In this document: in pieces, positions 20,893-31,663 of the stretch
Numbering within the stretch: the stretch's first letter is position 1
Layout of the letters: the number at the start of each line of letters is the position of its first letter
NCBI GenBank assembly: GCA_000091205.1
Contig: AP006498.2
Reading direction: 5' to 3' (one strand)
DNA from: Cyanidioschyzon merolae
Lineage: Eukaryota
DNA: 64,000 nt
Translations under genes and position numbers: made by a program
The notes under the pieces: generated by a model
Told to the model about the DNA's origin: nothing
Database searches by the model: none
Seen by the model: the letters and a program-made list of their open reading frames with translations, nothing else

Positions 20893-21657
20893 ATGCCGGC
20901 AAAGTCGCCTTCAACGAGAAAGAAAAGAGCTCGGACGAAAGATGAAGATGAGGAGAACGTGGACACCGGTAATCAGACGACAGCACCAACATTTCGAGAT
21001 AAGAACTTGCAGCTCGTCCACGATTTTCTCGCGAGTCAGAACCGGCCGTTCTCGTTGCAAAATATTCTAGACAGTTTAGCAAATAAGGGAGACATGAAGA
21101 AAGCTGCTTTGGATAAAGCACTTACTGAACTGGTAACTTCAGAGTACGTAACCTGCAAAGAGTATGGAAAGGCTAAACTGTACCTGATTCGGCAGAAGAA
21201 TATCGCCCTGCCGTCTGCCGAAGAGACAGCTGCACTGGACTCGCGTCTGGAGACACTTGCGAACGAGCTCGAGGAACTATCAGCGGAGTGCCAGGTGCTG
21301 GAGGCTAAGATCAGTGAGCTCTCTGCGCAGCCTCGAACAGAGGAAGCAAAAGAGCGGGTTGCTCTTCTAGAAACCGAAACTGCGACGATCGACGAGCGCA
21401 TTGAAAAGCTCCAAGTACACTGTGCCGGCTACGATAGCAGCCGACGGCAGTACATTCAGCAACAGCACGAACGAGCGCTTAAAGCGCTGCGTCTCAGGCG
21501 TTCCCGGGCACGGCAGATCATTCTTCAAATGGCCGAGGGTATGGAGCGCAAGCCGCGGGAGCTCGCCGACGAGATTGGCATCGAATCCGACTCCGACGAC
21601 TGGTTGACGGCGAGCCGGAGCGTCGTTTCGAATGCTCGATCAAAGGCAGCTGTTTAG
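20893..21657 (+). CDS. HOP2: Homologous-pairing protein 2 (HOP2/TBPIP/PSMC3IP), meiotic recombination factor; winged-helix plus coiled coil
   Basis: 'LVHDFLASQNRPFSLQNILDSLANKGDMKKAALDKALTELVTSEYVTCKEYGKAKLYLIRQ' matches the Hop2 N-terminal winged helix ('ILRYLQEQNRPYSAQDVFGNLQKEHGLGKAAVVKALDQL...KTYGKQKIYFADQ'). A leucine-zipper/coiled-coil follows, and a C-terminal 'EIGIESDSDDW' resembles 'EVGIETDED'. The track ORF starts at 20653; the Met at 20893 ('MPAKSPSTRKK') is the more plausible start. Confidence 0.75.
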   Translation: MPAKSPSTRKKRARTKDEDEENVDTGNQTTAPTFRDKNLQLVHDFLASQNRPFSLQNILDSLANKGDMKKAALDKALTELVTSEYVTCKEYGKAKLYLIRQKNIALPSAEETAALDSRLETLANELEELSAECQVLEAKISELSAQPRTEEAKERVALLETETATIDERIEKLQVHCAGYDSSRRQYIQQQHERALKALRLRRSRARQIILQMAEGMERKPRELADEIGIESDSDDWLTASRSVVSNARSKAAV

Positions 21658-23226
21658 ACGGCGTGCGTGCGCTGTCGCCCGTGCCTATCGACATTCGAGC
21701 GAGACTGCTCAGGGCTGGGGACGCGATCGCCTTGATGGCGTGCACCTGGTGGCAGAGGCGGCAGCGACTTTTTCCTGTTGTGTGCGAGCATCTGCGCTGG
21801 GGCATCGCTTGGGCGCAGGCACACTGGCACATTGTCTTTTCGAGCGTTGCGTCCACGGCCGAAGAGAATGGACCGAAGGAACATGCGCATTGTCTGCGCG
21901 CAAAAGTGCATCCGATGCGGGCCCAGTTCACCGATCGTAAAACGTCCAGCTGCACTTTGAAGGGTATCTTGCTGGGGTGTCGAGGAAAGGCGCGCTTCCA
22001 CAGACGCGTTGATGTTGTGGGTCGCTTCGATCTCCCGCTGCAGAGAAGGTTCCACCTGTTCCGCCAAAGTCAACGGACCATTCAGTTCTTTGTAGAGCGA
22101 TGATTCCGATCCTGTTAGAATGTCGATAGCATGTTGCCAGTTTGCATAGATTTGGATGCATGAATAGGATGCACACAAGGTGACACCGCACCACATCATC
22201 GACTTTACATCTCGCCTCTGGACCACTACATCCATTCTATTTCCAAACAATACGATGCGCCCAGATATTCGCCCTACCCCACTAGCCACGAACGACGATC
22301 AACGCACAAGTGAAGTGGAGCGTACTGCCCGAAAACAGCGTCCCTTTCACAGCAACGTATGCGTGTGCGCACACGCTAGCTAGCGCCCTGCCCCAACTAG
22401 CGGTAAACCGATGAGCTCGGCAAGCGCTGCCCATCAGAGATCATCCACGTCAACGTTGCATACTCACCTGACTATTCTTCCATTCATGAAAAGATGCTAA
22501 TTCGAGCAATCATGAGGTTCTCGAGGCATGCGTGCTGCCTGGACACGCACCAGCTAAAGTACAATTTATCCAAGTTCTAATGTCGACGTTCTCCGGTGTG
22601 CACCGATCCAGTGCCGAATTTCCCGCCGCCACCGCCCGGGCGCCTATGATCGCAGCGTTGCTGCAGCTGCGGCCTCGACACGCCCGGCGCTTGATGCGTG
22701 TCCGGCGTGAGCGCGAGCAGACACGCCCACACCACTGCCGTCGACTGCGGCAGCGACCGGCTGAGGCACACGGCACCACGAGTGACTGAACGACTGAGTG
22801 ACCGACTGACTGCTATTGACAAGAACGAGCACCGAAGCAGTGAACACAGGCACTTGGGACCAGATCACTACTGGACTGTTCTTGTTGTCGTCGTCGTTTT
22901 CCTGAAAGCAACCTGCTGGAACGAGACAAGCACAGTGCAGACGCGTCGCAGCACGTTTTGGTGCGATCGACGGTCGCTGGTACAAGTATCGCTGAGCGAG
23001 CGCTTGTCAGTGCGCAGCACTACTGGGATACGAGTGTAACAGATCCGCTGCGGTACTGTGTGTGATTCTGGGTACTTCTCGAAGACGTGTCCACGCAGCT
23101 GTTCGTGGCGTCCCGAGCAGCCGATCCATACCAGTGATTCCATTTTTTGCCTCTGAAGCTATACGGCGCGTCGCGGTGAGTACGTAAAGACGCAACGACG
23201 ACACACGGCGTGCGAGCGACTTTCTT

Positions 23227-25263
23227 GTGCGTCTCTGGTGCATCTTTGCGTCTGCTGGGGAACGACTTCAGCAGGGGCCGTTCATGATGCTCCAGCCTGC
23301 GGGTGCAGGCGCATCACCTCATTTGGTGCGCATGTCTAGGGACCAGCCCGGCGAGCTGCACGCGGATTCGGATTCGGCGAAGAGCTCTTCAAGCTGTCCG
23401 ACAACTCCTTTTCAATCAGTGACGACGGTAGGCTCTCTGGAGATATCGAAGTCTCCGGCTCGAGTTCCACCCGCTGGCGCACCAGCTGCATCCGTTGAGC
23501 AGACAGCAGTTGCGAGCTCTTCAGTTGCCTCCTCGCGGCAGGTCAATGAGAGCCAACGGCGAGTCCTGTACGCAAAACGATTGATAGAGCAGTATTACCG
23601 CAACTTTGCCCACGCATTCAACGAGTCCGAAGCACGACGTCAACTTCTTGAGGAACGGCTCGAGCGCCTTCGTCTCTCGGATGCGGACAAACAGATGCTA
23701 CGCCGCGAGCACTTCCGACGGGAAAAGGAGTTCGCGCGCGAAATGCGCAGTCGAATAACCCTCGATGACTTTGAACACATCGCAATTATCGGCCGGGGAG
23801 CGTTTGGCGAAGTTTCCCTAGTCCGCAGTTGCGAGTCCGGCGAGCTCTACGCCATGAAACGTCTCCGCAAGAGCGAAATGCTTCGCAAGGACCAGGTGGC
23901 GCACGTACGAGCCGAGCGCGACCTCCTGGTGCTTGCAGAGTCCGCTTCATACGTCTGTAAGCTATACTGCACGTTCCAGGACGCTGAACACCTGTACCTT
24001 GTCATGGAGTACCTACCGGGCGGTGATCTTATGCAGTTGCTCATTCAGAGGGATACCCTTGACGAGGACAGCACACGTTTCTACGCTGCCGAAATCGGAA
24101 CCGCAATCGAGCAGGTGCATCGTCTAGGATTTACTCACCGCGACATCAAACCTGACAATATTCTTATCGCGAAGGATGGTCACATTCGATTATCCGACTT
24201 TGGACTCGCTGCGGCCTATGAGCTGCAAGTCTACGGCATGGCGCCGTTGTTGGAACCGGGCGCAGATCTGACGTATACCGGCGGGGATCGTATCGCAGCT
24301 ATGAGCGAGGCAGAACGCAAAGGCTCCTGGCGACGCGGTCTACGACGCCGCATGTTTTCCACGGTCGGCACTCCGGACTACATCGCACCCGAAGTGCTCA
24401 TGAAGAGGGGTTACGGCAAGGAGTGTGACTGGTGGAGTCTGGGTGTCATCATCTTCGAAATGCTCTACGGATATCCGGCCTTTTATTCGGAAAACTCCGT
24501 GGAGACTTGTCGCAAAATACTCAATTGGCGCACGACGTTGCAGTTCCCCGCGAGACCGAACGTGTCTCCAGCAGCCAAAGACCTCATCCGTTCTCTCTTG
24601 ACAGATCCCGAAAACAGGTTGGGCGCCCGCGAAGGTCTCGAGGACTTCAAACGTCATCCCTTTTTCCACGGCTTTGACTGGAATCGCATGCGAGAGATGC
24701 GGGCACCGTTCGTGCCCGAACTCAGTCATGATGCCGATACTCGCTACTTTGACCACTTCGAGGACGATACGCACCCAAAAAGCCAGGAAGCCAAGGCCAC
24801 TGTACCGCCTGCGGGACGCACCGGCACTGAACCGCGGAGCACTGCACCCGCGAACACTCTGGCGAGCCCAGCACGCCCGCGACCAGCTGTCACGCTGCCG
24901 CCTGCTGATCAGCGAAAGCCCCAACAGGTGCCCCGTGTAGTTGACATTGAGGGCGCCCAAGCGGACGCCTCGTTGACTTCGACGAACGCCAGGTCATCGA
25001 CAGCCTCGAGGACACCCACGACAAGAGCGTTCCCGCTGAACGCGGACCCAGCAAGTCGCAAACAAGGCGAGCTCCGGGGTTCGCGTAAAATCTTTCGGGA
25101 GCAGCTTCGAATGCAGCCTTTTCTTCGGTACTCGTATCGAGACCTGCACGCTCTAGGAGAGGGCGACGCGTCGTTCCTTGGTTTCACGTACCGTCGTTTT
25201 GGTGTTCGGAGCCAACAGCGAGGTTCGCTGCGAGGGGCTTTCGACCCCAAACACCCGTCCTAG
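23227..25263 (+). CDS. NDR/LATS-family AGC Ser/Thr protein kinase (Cbk1/Orb6/Dbf2-like)
   Basis: N-terminal regulatory (MOB-binding) basic helix 'RRVLYAKRLIEQYYRNFAHAFNESEARRQLLEERLERLRLSDADKQMLRREHFRREKEF'. Glycine loop 'IGRGAFGEV'. 'HRDIKPDNILIAKDGHIRLSDFGLA'. The NDR-type insert between subdomains VII/VIII before 'GTPDYIAPEV'. C-terminal hydrophobic motif 'FLGFTYRRF'. The true start may be the downstream 'MMLQP'. Confidence 0.85.
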   Translation: MRLWCIFASAGERLQQGPFMMLQPAGAGASPHLVRMSRDQPGELHADSDSAKSSSSCPTTPFQSVTTVGSLEISKSPARVPPAGAPAASVEQTAVASSSVASSRQVNESQRRVLYAKRLIEQYYRNFAHAFNESEARRQLLEERLERLRLSDADKQMLRREHFRREKEFAREMRSRITLDDFEHIAIIGRGAFGEVSLVRSCESGELYAMKRLRKSEMLRKDQVAHVRAERDLLVLAESASYVCKLYCTFQDAEHLYLVMEYLPGGDLMQLLIQRDTLDEDSTRFYAAEIGTAIEQVHRLGFTHRDIKPDNILIAKDGHIRLSDFGLAAAYELQVYGMAPLLEPGADLTYTGGDRIAAMSEAERKGSWRRGLRRRMFSTVGTPDYIAPEVLMKRGYGKECDWWSLGVIIFEMLYGYPAFYSENSVETCRKILNWRTTLQFPARPNVSPAAKDLIRSLLTDPENRLGAREGLEDFKRHPFFHGFDWNRMREMRAPFVPELSHDADTRYFDHFEDDTHPKSQEAKATVPPAGRTGTEPRSTAPANTLASPARPRPAVTLPPADQRKPQQVPRVVDIEGAQADASLTSTNARSSTASRTPTTRAFPLNADPASRKQGELRGSRKIFREQLRMQPFLRYSYRDLHALGEGDASFLGFTYRRFGVRSQQRGSLRGAFDPKHPS

Positions 25264-26940
25264 GCTCGATGTTCGCGGTTTGCTTTCAGTGGCGCTGAGC
25301 TTGCGTGTGTGAACTTGCATCTGCGAAGGTTGAGGCACCCAAAGCTGCGGAGCTGCCTCCCACTCGCTGCTTCAGCGTAACCGCTTCGCGACATGAGCTG
25401 TCGCCCAGCAACAACGCGAATGGTTCAACGATGCCACTTGCGTAGCGTGGATGATATTCGTGCATGCGTCAACCTATTCTTTTTCAAGATGCACAGTGGA
25501 GCATTACCGACTCTCGATGAAGATTCATCAGGGAATCTCGGGACTGGCGCTCGCGTCTGCTCAGGAATGCGTCGCTTCTGTCTCTCTCTCTCGCTTGTTC
25601 ACATGATGCATCCAACCTGATGCACTAGAGCGGTATCACGTTATTCCGCCTTGTACGCAATGTTCTATCGAAAGCGATGCCACACACTGATCAGGCCCCA
25701 GTCTGGGGCGTGCGAACGCTTCCATTTCGTGACCGCTTGATCGACATCGTTCTTGGCTTCGCCGCACGAGACGCCTATTACCCATCCCTATCGTACCCGA
25801 CTTGCTCCCTGTGCGCTTATGGCTGGTGTTGAGCGCATCGCCTCTGTCATCCCTGTCCCGATCGACGCACAACGCGTATGCGTCGTGCTCCACGGTATGC
25901 AGGGACATTCTCGGTTTCCTTTGGGCGTGTGCAGCGTCCCTAAAAGCTGCAGATGCTACTGCAGTCGCATGTAGATAGAGGCAGGATCGAGTTGAGCATG
26001 CACTCAAAGCATGCACACCACGAAGCGTCCGGATAGTATGTGCCCCTCTAAGCGCTTTCGCAAGCGTCCATGTCGAGCCACAGCGTCGTCTACCGCCACC
26101 CACGAATACCTCTGGCCTGCGTAGACTTCACCCGGGGTCAGCGACGCCGCGTGCTGTCGCAAGTCGGAGTCGTCGTCGCTGACGCAGTCTACACGTCACG
26201 TGCGGCTAACTTCCAGCCTAGATGATCACGTAGAAGCGGTTGACCTTGATGCATGCATGATGGTAGCGCTTGCAGTGCCGAGTGCCTCGTGTTCCCGCTA
26301 TACATTTCAAAGGGTGGGGCGCAGCTCGTGGCCCTGGCAGCCGGACCATTGCAACCTGTACCTATGAAACTGGACGGGGCCTGTAGATTCAAGTACTGCA
26401 CATTTCCTGAGCCCGGTTCAAAAAACGCAGAGGCTCGTCAGAGACCTGCTCCCTGTCGTTCTCCCCGGCGTCGTTTAGAGCGGCGGCTTCCCAGGTTTGT
26501 CACTGGATAGAAGTGATCACGCGGTTGCGACCCGAAAGCGTGCGCTTTGAAACGTACGACATGGTCTTCGGCTTATCTACATCGAATTATATCGTTCTTC
26601 TAAAAACGATTCGCACGCAAACAGCGAACACCTCCGCAAAACAGAGGCTACCCGTCTCCACTGCTCTAAAGCGCAGCGCTTTCGCGACGAGTCGGTCGTG
26701 CACCGGCGCTTGAACGCTATGCTGCTCGGCTCGCAGTTGTCCCTGTTGTGAAGCGCAGCCTCCAGGTTCACGCACAAGTGAGGGAGAACGCCAGCATCCG
26801 GCGACTGAAACCGTCGTAGAGTCGCAGGGGAACCTATACGTCAGCGGGCTTGAGCGTACGAACTCTGCAGTCACACGAGCGCCGTTTGAAACGCGAGCAC
26901 TTCTAGTGGCATGGGCGCTCAACGACGCTGTCACTGTTGA

Positions 26941-27744
26941 TTGGACGGAGCTGCACCTGTGTTTGCAGGCACTGCTTCCTTCACAACAACAACAACAACA
27001 ACAACAACTATGAGCCGCTCGAGTGCGACCAAGGCAGAGACGCTGGCGACGCTCTCACCGCCAGAGTCGTTCGGGATCGTCGAGCAAGGCGTTTACCGCG
27101 CGAACTTGCCACATCCTCTCAGTTTCCCTTTTCTAAAACATCTAAACCTGAAGACTGTGCTGATGCTTTCTCAAGAGTCGCCGACGCGCGTTGTCACCCA
27201 GTTTTTCGAGGATAACCAGGTGGAGCTCGTGCAGCTCGGCATGCGGGTCTTCAAGCCGACTGAGGCTTCCTGGAAACCCTGTTCTGAGGAGCTCGTGAAA
27301 GAGGCTCTCGAAACTGTACTCTGTCGTGCAGCGCACCCGTTGTTGATCTGCGGTGCAAGCGGCGTGCACGCCGTAGGCGTCGTTGTTGGATGTCTGCGGA
27401 AACTACAGGGCTGGAGTCTGAGCTCGATCGTCAATGAGTACCGCAGCTACGCCGGCACCAAAACCCGTTACGTCGACGAGCAGTTTATCGAGCTCTTCGA
27501 TATTGATCTGGTTCAGGTGCCGGCTGACCCCGAGCGGGTGTACCTACCGTCCTGGTACCACGTATACCAGCAGTTTGCTGAGGAGGATCGACAGCGCTTT
27601 CGCAGCGCTAGTGCGCGGGGCGAGATCACCAGAGATGGCATTTTGAGTCACGCCACGTTGAGTTATTGGAAATATTACTTTGCCACGTGTACGGCTCCAT
27701 TGTGCTCGAGTGAACTTGCATGCGACCGCTCAGATAGCGCTTAG
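26941..27744 (+). CDS. Tyr_phos_2 / PFA-DSP (Siw14/Oca1-like) atypical dual-specificity phosphatase homologue with degenerate P-loop (putative pseudophosphatase)
   Basis: 'PPESFGIVEQGVYRANLPHPLSFPFLKHLNLKTVLML' and 'VGVVVGCLRKLQGWSLSSIVNEYRSYAGTKTRYVDEQFIELFD' match the Siw14/plant PFA-DSP family ('GCLRKLQxWxLTSIFDEYxRFA...DQxFIExFD'). The active-site loop reads 'ICGASGVHA' where the family has 'HCKRGKHR', so the CX5R Cys and Arg are not conserved. An alternative start is the Met at 27010, after the poly-Thr encoded by (CAA)n. Confidence 0.65.
   Translation: MDGAAPVFAGTASFTTTTTTTTTMSRSSATKAETLATLSPPESFGIVEQGVYRANLPHPLSFPFLKHLNLKTVLMLSQESPTRVVTQFFEDNQVELVQLGMRVFKPTEASWKPCSEELVKEALETVLCRAAHPLLICGASGVHAVGVVVGCLRKLQGWSLSSIVNEYRSYAGTKTRYVDEQFIELFDIDLVQVPADPERVYLPSWYHVYQQFAEEDRQRFRSASARGEITRDGILSHATLSYWKYYFATCTAPLCSSELACDRSDSA
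26985..27008. repeat. (CAA)n trinucleotide microsatellite, about 8-9 units, at the 5' end of the 26941 ORF (encodes poly-Thr in frame)
   Basis: 'caacaacaacaacaacaacaacaacaa' is directly visible. Confidence 0.9.
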
Positions 27745-28349
27745 CCAAGGCGTGCCAGACCCGCACGTTGACAAACCCATGGCATGTCGCGCAACGGCCA
27801 ACGTGTGAAGCGAGATGGTGTCCGGTGGTGCCTTGTCTTTGCCAGGCGTTGGCATTGAAAACTATGTATCGACACTGGTGTCGGATGGAGACGGAATGCT
27901 GGAATGGTCGCTCTGCTCCTGAATTTCGATGTTTTCTACGTTTACGACGTGAAGAACGTCGGCATTCCAAGTGCAGCAAAAAGGGCTCACGTACGCATAA
28001 GTAGTTTTAGGAATCTCGGTCGTCGTTTTGGAGTGCCCCATACGACTCCATGTCGATCGACTTCGCCACGTCACCGCCATGAGCATGGTTCGTGATATCC
28101 TCGAAGGAGGATTCGTAACGTAACCGACATGTCTATCCAATGCATTCGTACGAGGCTTCACGCTTCTCCTTTCGTTACGTCGGACATGCCCAAATCGCGC
28201 ATGCTTCAGGTTCTCGATCTTCTGTTTCAAGGCATTTTATGGGCGAAGCGAATTGCACCGACAGCTTGATAAGGACAAACACTCGACGTCGTTGCCTGAG
28301 GACCTGTTGACGAGCTCATGTCGGAACTTTACTGAACTTGTCACGTCAG

Positions 28350-29040
28350 ACGATCTCTTCCATTCGAAAAACAAATGACATTCTCTTTTCACCCACTGAC
28401 AAAAGCGCATTCGATACCTGCAGCACGGTACCTCTGCGGGGATATGCGCCCAGAGGCTCCCGCCGGTTTTCCCGGTCGGAAAAGAGTCATGCACTCGGAA
28501 TCGAGTCATCGCCGCGCTCTCTTGCAGTGGCGAGTGCGTCACTGCCTTGCACGAAGAGAGCGTTGACGGAAAGGATTGTTACGACTTGCTCTCCAGCCTG
28601 GATCCTCCTACTGGTGTTGCTTTAGTCATGGACAACATCGTGTTCCATGAATCCTCTGTCGAATGGAACAGTGTGCGCATGCACGTGCAGCGCAGCGAGT
28701 ACTTGCCGATGAGATTGCCCAGAAGAAGCCCGTGATCGGACGGTATGGCACCGGGTGCGGATACGGACCAAGGCACCCAGCGGAGACCTTGATTCTCGTC
28801 AACGGGGGCGTATACCAAGCGTTGACGCAATCTATAACGCGCAACAGGTCCGCCCTTGGGAGAGGAATTGTGGTGGTGGACGTGTGCGAACACCTGGTCT
28901 CAGACAAGTGTTTCTGTTGTGAAGAGCGCACCGACGATGCACACAAGGAGGGTACGTATTGCGAGTGGAGCGTAGATCGCAACTTGCGCCTACGCATGAA
29001 ATACGTGAAGAGCTGCTGGGAGCTGTGTAATCGGGTCTTG
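28350..29040. repeat. Copy A of a diverged, dispersed paralogous segment (about 0.6 kb); partner at 41997-42580
   Basis: Collinear homology at about 70% identity with a near-constant offset of about 13,535 bp. Examples: A 28651 'atcctctgtcgaatggaacag' vs B 42186 'aatcctccatggaatgggacag'; A 28721 'agaagaagcccgtgatcggacggtatggcaccgg' vs B 42258 'gaacaagcccgcgaccaaagggtacggcaccga'; A 28991 'tacgcatgaaatacgtgaag' vs B 42531 'gtgcatgaaatgcttgaac'. A carries an extra ~115 bp at about 28370-28470. ORFs on both strands are conserved only as fragments. Confidence 0.55.
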
Positions 29041-29970
29041 GGCGCTGCCATCAACATCCGTCGACTGCGCACAGCAGAGTTGTCGCTACGAGAGACACCG
29101 GTATATCGAAAGCAGGAGATCACAGGGAGAAAACGAAGTAGTTGCAAAAATGCCCACAAAGGCTACTGCTGACAAAATTTGGAAGACACGCAATGTTGAA
29201 CATGTACACCCGAGTTTGACAACCCGTCTCACCGTAAGCTGATACGGGCATCGTGCATCGTATTGTACCATGCGGTGCAGAGACGCAGCGATCGGCCATG
29301 CTCTACATAGAACACATGCTTGGTCATACCTTTTGAGACGGTGGCGTATGGTTCGGGTTCGCGGAGCCGCGCCCGAGGCCGTCCGTACTTTACAAAAGAA
29401 TCCATGGGAAGCTTCCGCAAGTTGGATTCATGACTGCTTCCGAGCCGCCTTTGGGTGTACGGCAAGCATACCGTAGCCGGCAGCGATGGGAGCAGCGCGC
29501 AGGGCCCCGTCTGTGTTTCAAGCAAGAATCCTTGGGAAGCTCCCGTTCGCACGCAACATGACTGCTTCACAGCCGACTTGGGGCGTACGAGAATCCCAGC
29601 GCACAACCGATAGCGATTGCGGCATGGTCGGAAGCCGGGCACCACGACCACTGCGAAATGGCCGCCATGCCCAGCGTGCGGCTGTCGCCGCCTAACCGGT
29701 TACACACGTTACCGCTGCAGTTGCAGCAGCAGGACGTGGAAGCGTATTCCGCAGGGGTAGTGTCGCCGGCCCTGACTGCAACAAAACGTCTGAGGGCGTC
29801 TGTTTCATGCAGACGACAGGCCTCTCTGCCGCCGTTCGGTCCAAGTCGGGCCCCAGGCTGGAGGCATCGTTGCGCTCCGTGGCAACGGTGCCAACAATCT
29901 GACCTGATTCGCTCGACGAGCTGGGAAGCAGATCCGAATAGAGGTCGGCACGGAAAGCTACTGTATAACG

Positions 29971-31542
29971 CTAGCGAGAAGCGCTACTGTCGCCCTTGGG
30001 GCAGTGAACGTTCTCCATGCTGCGCGCGAAAAACCACTCGGGTGGCGAGCGAAACGCATTGGCGATCCGACTGAAAGTAGATGCCTCCCGCTCGGGCTCT
30101 ACCAGGTCCGGCGACCCGCATTCCTCTTTGAAGGAGTCCAGTGGCGTTGCTGGAGCCGGCTCTAGACTTCCAGTGCCAGCTGGCGGGGTCAGATCACTGG
30201 GCGCTCTCGGTGAAGCGCCAGCCGGGGGCGACTCTTCCCAGGCGTTTCCCTCGAGCGAGAGCAGCCGCTGCATAGGTCGCTCATTCCAGCGGAGACATCG
30301 TGATACCGAACGAAACCAATCCTGTGTCTGGTCGTTATAATTCAACGTAGCTAGAGGCCAAGGTGATATCTGAACTCGTAAGTAGTCCCCGCGCTGGAGT
30401 TCCGTGCGCGCTCGTCCGTCGAAACTGACCCAGGCTGAGCCCCGCGCATGACGCGATACGCGAATTTTCAGCGTTACATAGTCTGGAAAGATCACCGGTC
30501 GAAATGACAGCGAGTGCGGACAAATCGGCGTCAGTAGAATAGCTGGTACCGAAGGATGCACCATCGAGCCGTTGCTCGACAACGAGTACGCTGTGGAACC
30601 CGTCGGCGTCGCCAGGATGACTCCGTCAGCTTGAATGCGCGTCACTGGAAAGTCATCGCAGTAACATTCCAGATTACTGAGAAACGGTGCTGGACCACGG
30701 TCGACGACGACTTCGTTCAATACAGTCTTTTGGATCAGGGGTCGCTGACCATCGCCATCCTTGTAGATAGCACAGTCCAGCCTCATTCGCAGCGTAACGG
30801 TGACGTCGCTGCCGCGCATTACCTCCCGAACGCATGACGGGAAATTGTTGAACGGAAAGGGTGTGAGAAAGCCCAAAGATCCTAGATGAAAAGGCATCAG
30901 TGGTGGTGCCGCTTTCGGAAAGAGCGATGCACAGGCGTGCAAAACGAGTCCATCACCACCCAAGCAGATGACCAGGTCGATGGGTGTCTGCGTCTGTTCT
31001 CGTGGAAAGTGCAACGTGCCCGGTAGCGTGTGCTCTGTTTCCGAGTAGAGGATGAGTTCTGGATACTCAGCTTCAAGCCATTGACATATTTTAACCGCGG
31101 AACTTCGAGCAGAATCAGAGTAGACGGTGAAGAGAATCAGAATGTGTCGCACCGGGCGAGACCAGCGCAAGTAAATGTTGCGATAGCTTGCCGGTAGCAA
31201 AGGACGGTGCAGAACGCGCCACTCAAGAGAGCATGCCGTTGGTTTCTGTGCGAGCTGCTCAAGAACCTCACTGGCTGTGTGTACGTGCGGCAAACGCGGT
31301 ACCTCTGGCGGCGATACCGCTCTCCCCTGTGCACAGGGGTTCACGGTGCGTCGCTCCTCGGGGGTCAGCGGGTCCGAGAACCGCTGCGTTTCCTCCTCTG
31401 CGGCTTCGAGTTGAATTCCGCTGAGTACGCTACGTAGCTGGGAGCACTGTTCGTCCTGTCGAACAGACAGACACCCACTCCCAAGAATAAGTTGTGCTGC
31501 GGACATGGAGCGCCGCCTCCGGCAGCACCGCAACCTGACCAA
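29971..31542 (-). CDS. NAD+ kinase (NADK, PpnK family)
   Basis: 'DLVICLGGDGLVLHA' (GGDG motif), 'NEVVVDRG', and 'DGVILATPTGSTAYSLSSNGSMVHPSVPAILLTPICPHSLSFRPVIFPD', the NAD-kinase signature block. Single ORF of 523 aa. Confidence 0.8.
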   Translation of the reverse strand: MVRLRCCRRRRSMSAAQLILGSGCLSVRQDEQCSQLRSVLSGIQLEAAEEETQRFSDPLTPEERRTVNPCAQGRAVSPPEVPRLPHVHTASEVLEQLAQKPTACSLEWRVLHRPLLPASYRNIYLRWSRPVRHILILFTVYSDSARSSAVKICQWLEAEYPELILYSETEHTLPGTLHFPREQTQTPIDLVICLGGDGLVLHACASLFPKAAPPLMPFHLGSLGFLTPFPFNNFPSCVREVMRGSDVTVTLRMRLDCAIYKDGDGQRPLIQKTVLNEVVVDRGPAPFLSNLECYCDDFPVTRIQADGVILATPTGSTAYSLSSNGSMVHPSVPAILLTPICPHSLSFRPVIFPDYVTLKIRVSRHARGSAWVSFDGRARTELQRGDYLRVQISPWPLATLNYNDQTQDWFRSVSRCLRWNERPMQRLLSLEGNAWEESPPAGASPRAPSDLTPPAGTGSLEPAPATPLDSFKEECGSPDLVEPEREASTFSRIANAFRSPPEWFFARSMENVHCPKGDSSASR

Positions 31543-31663
31543 GCGTCAAACGTCGCATAGGCAGTGTACAGGGGGGGCGAGCGGCGCCCCCCCGCCTCCC
31601 CCGCCCCAGACATCAATGCATACCCGCCCGCAGACGCCTTGCCGTTGTTATCGAGTGGCCACC

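Noticed and set aside
21654-22289. 211-aa minus-strand ORF immediately downstream of HOP2, briefly considered as an MND1-like partner gene
   Set aside because: There is no winged-helix or coiled-coil similarity to Mnd1. It overlaps the HOP2 stop and is low-complexity, so it is most likely a chance ORF in the 3' flank.
31570-31600. G/C homopolymer-rich stretch 'gggggggcgagcggcgcccccccgcctcccccgcccc', considered as telomere-like or G4 element
   Set aside because: It is not a tandem telomeric repeat. It is merely a GC-skewed low-complexity patch in the NADK upstream region, noted only as context for the adjacent (CTACGA)n microsatellite.
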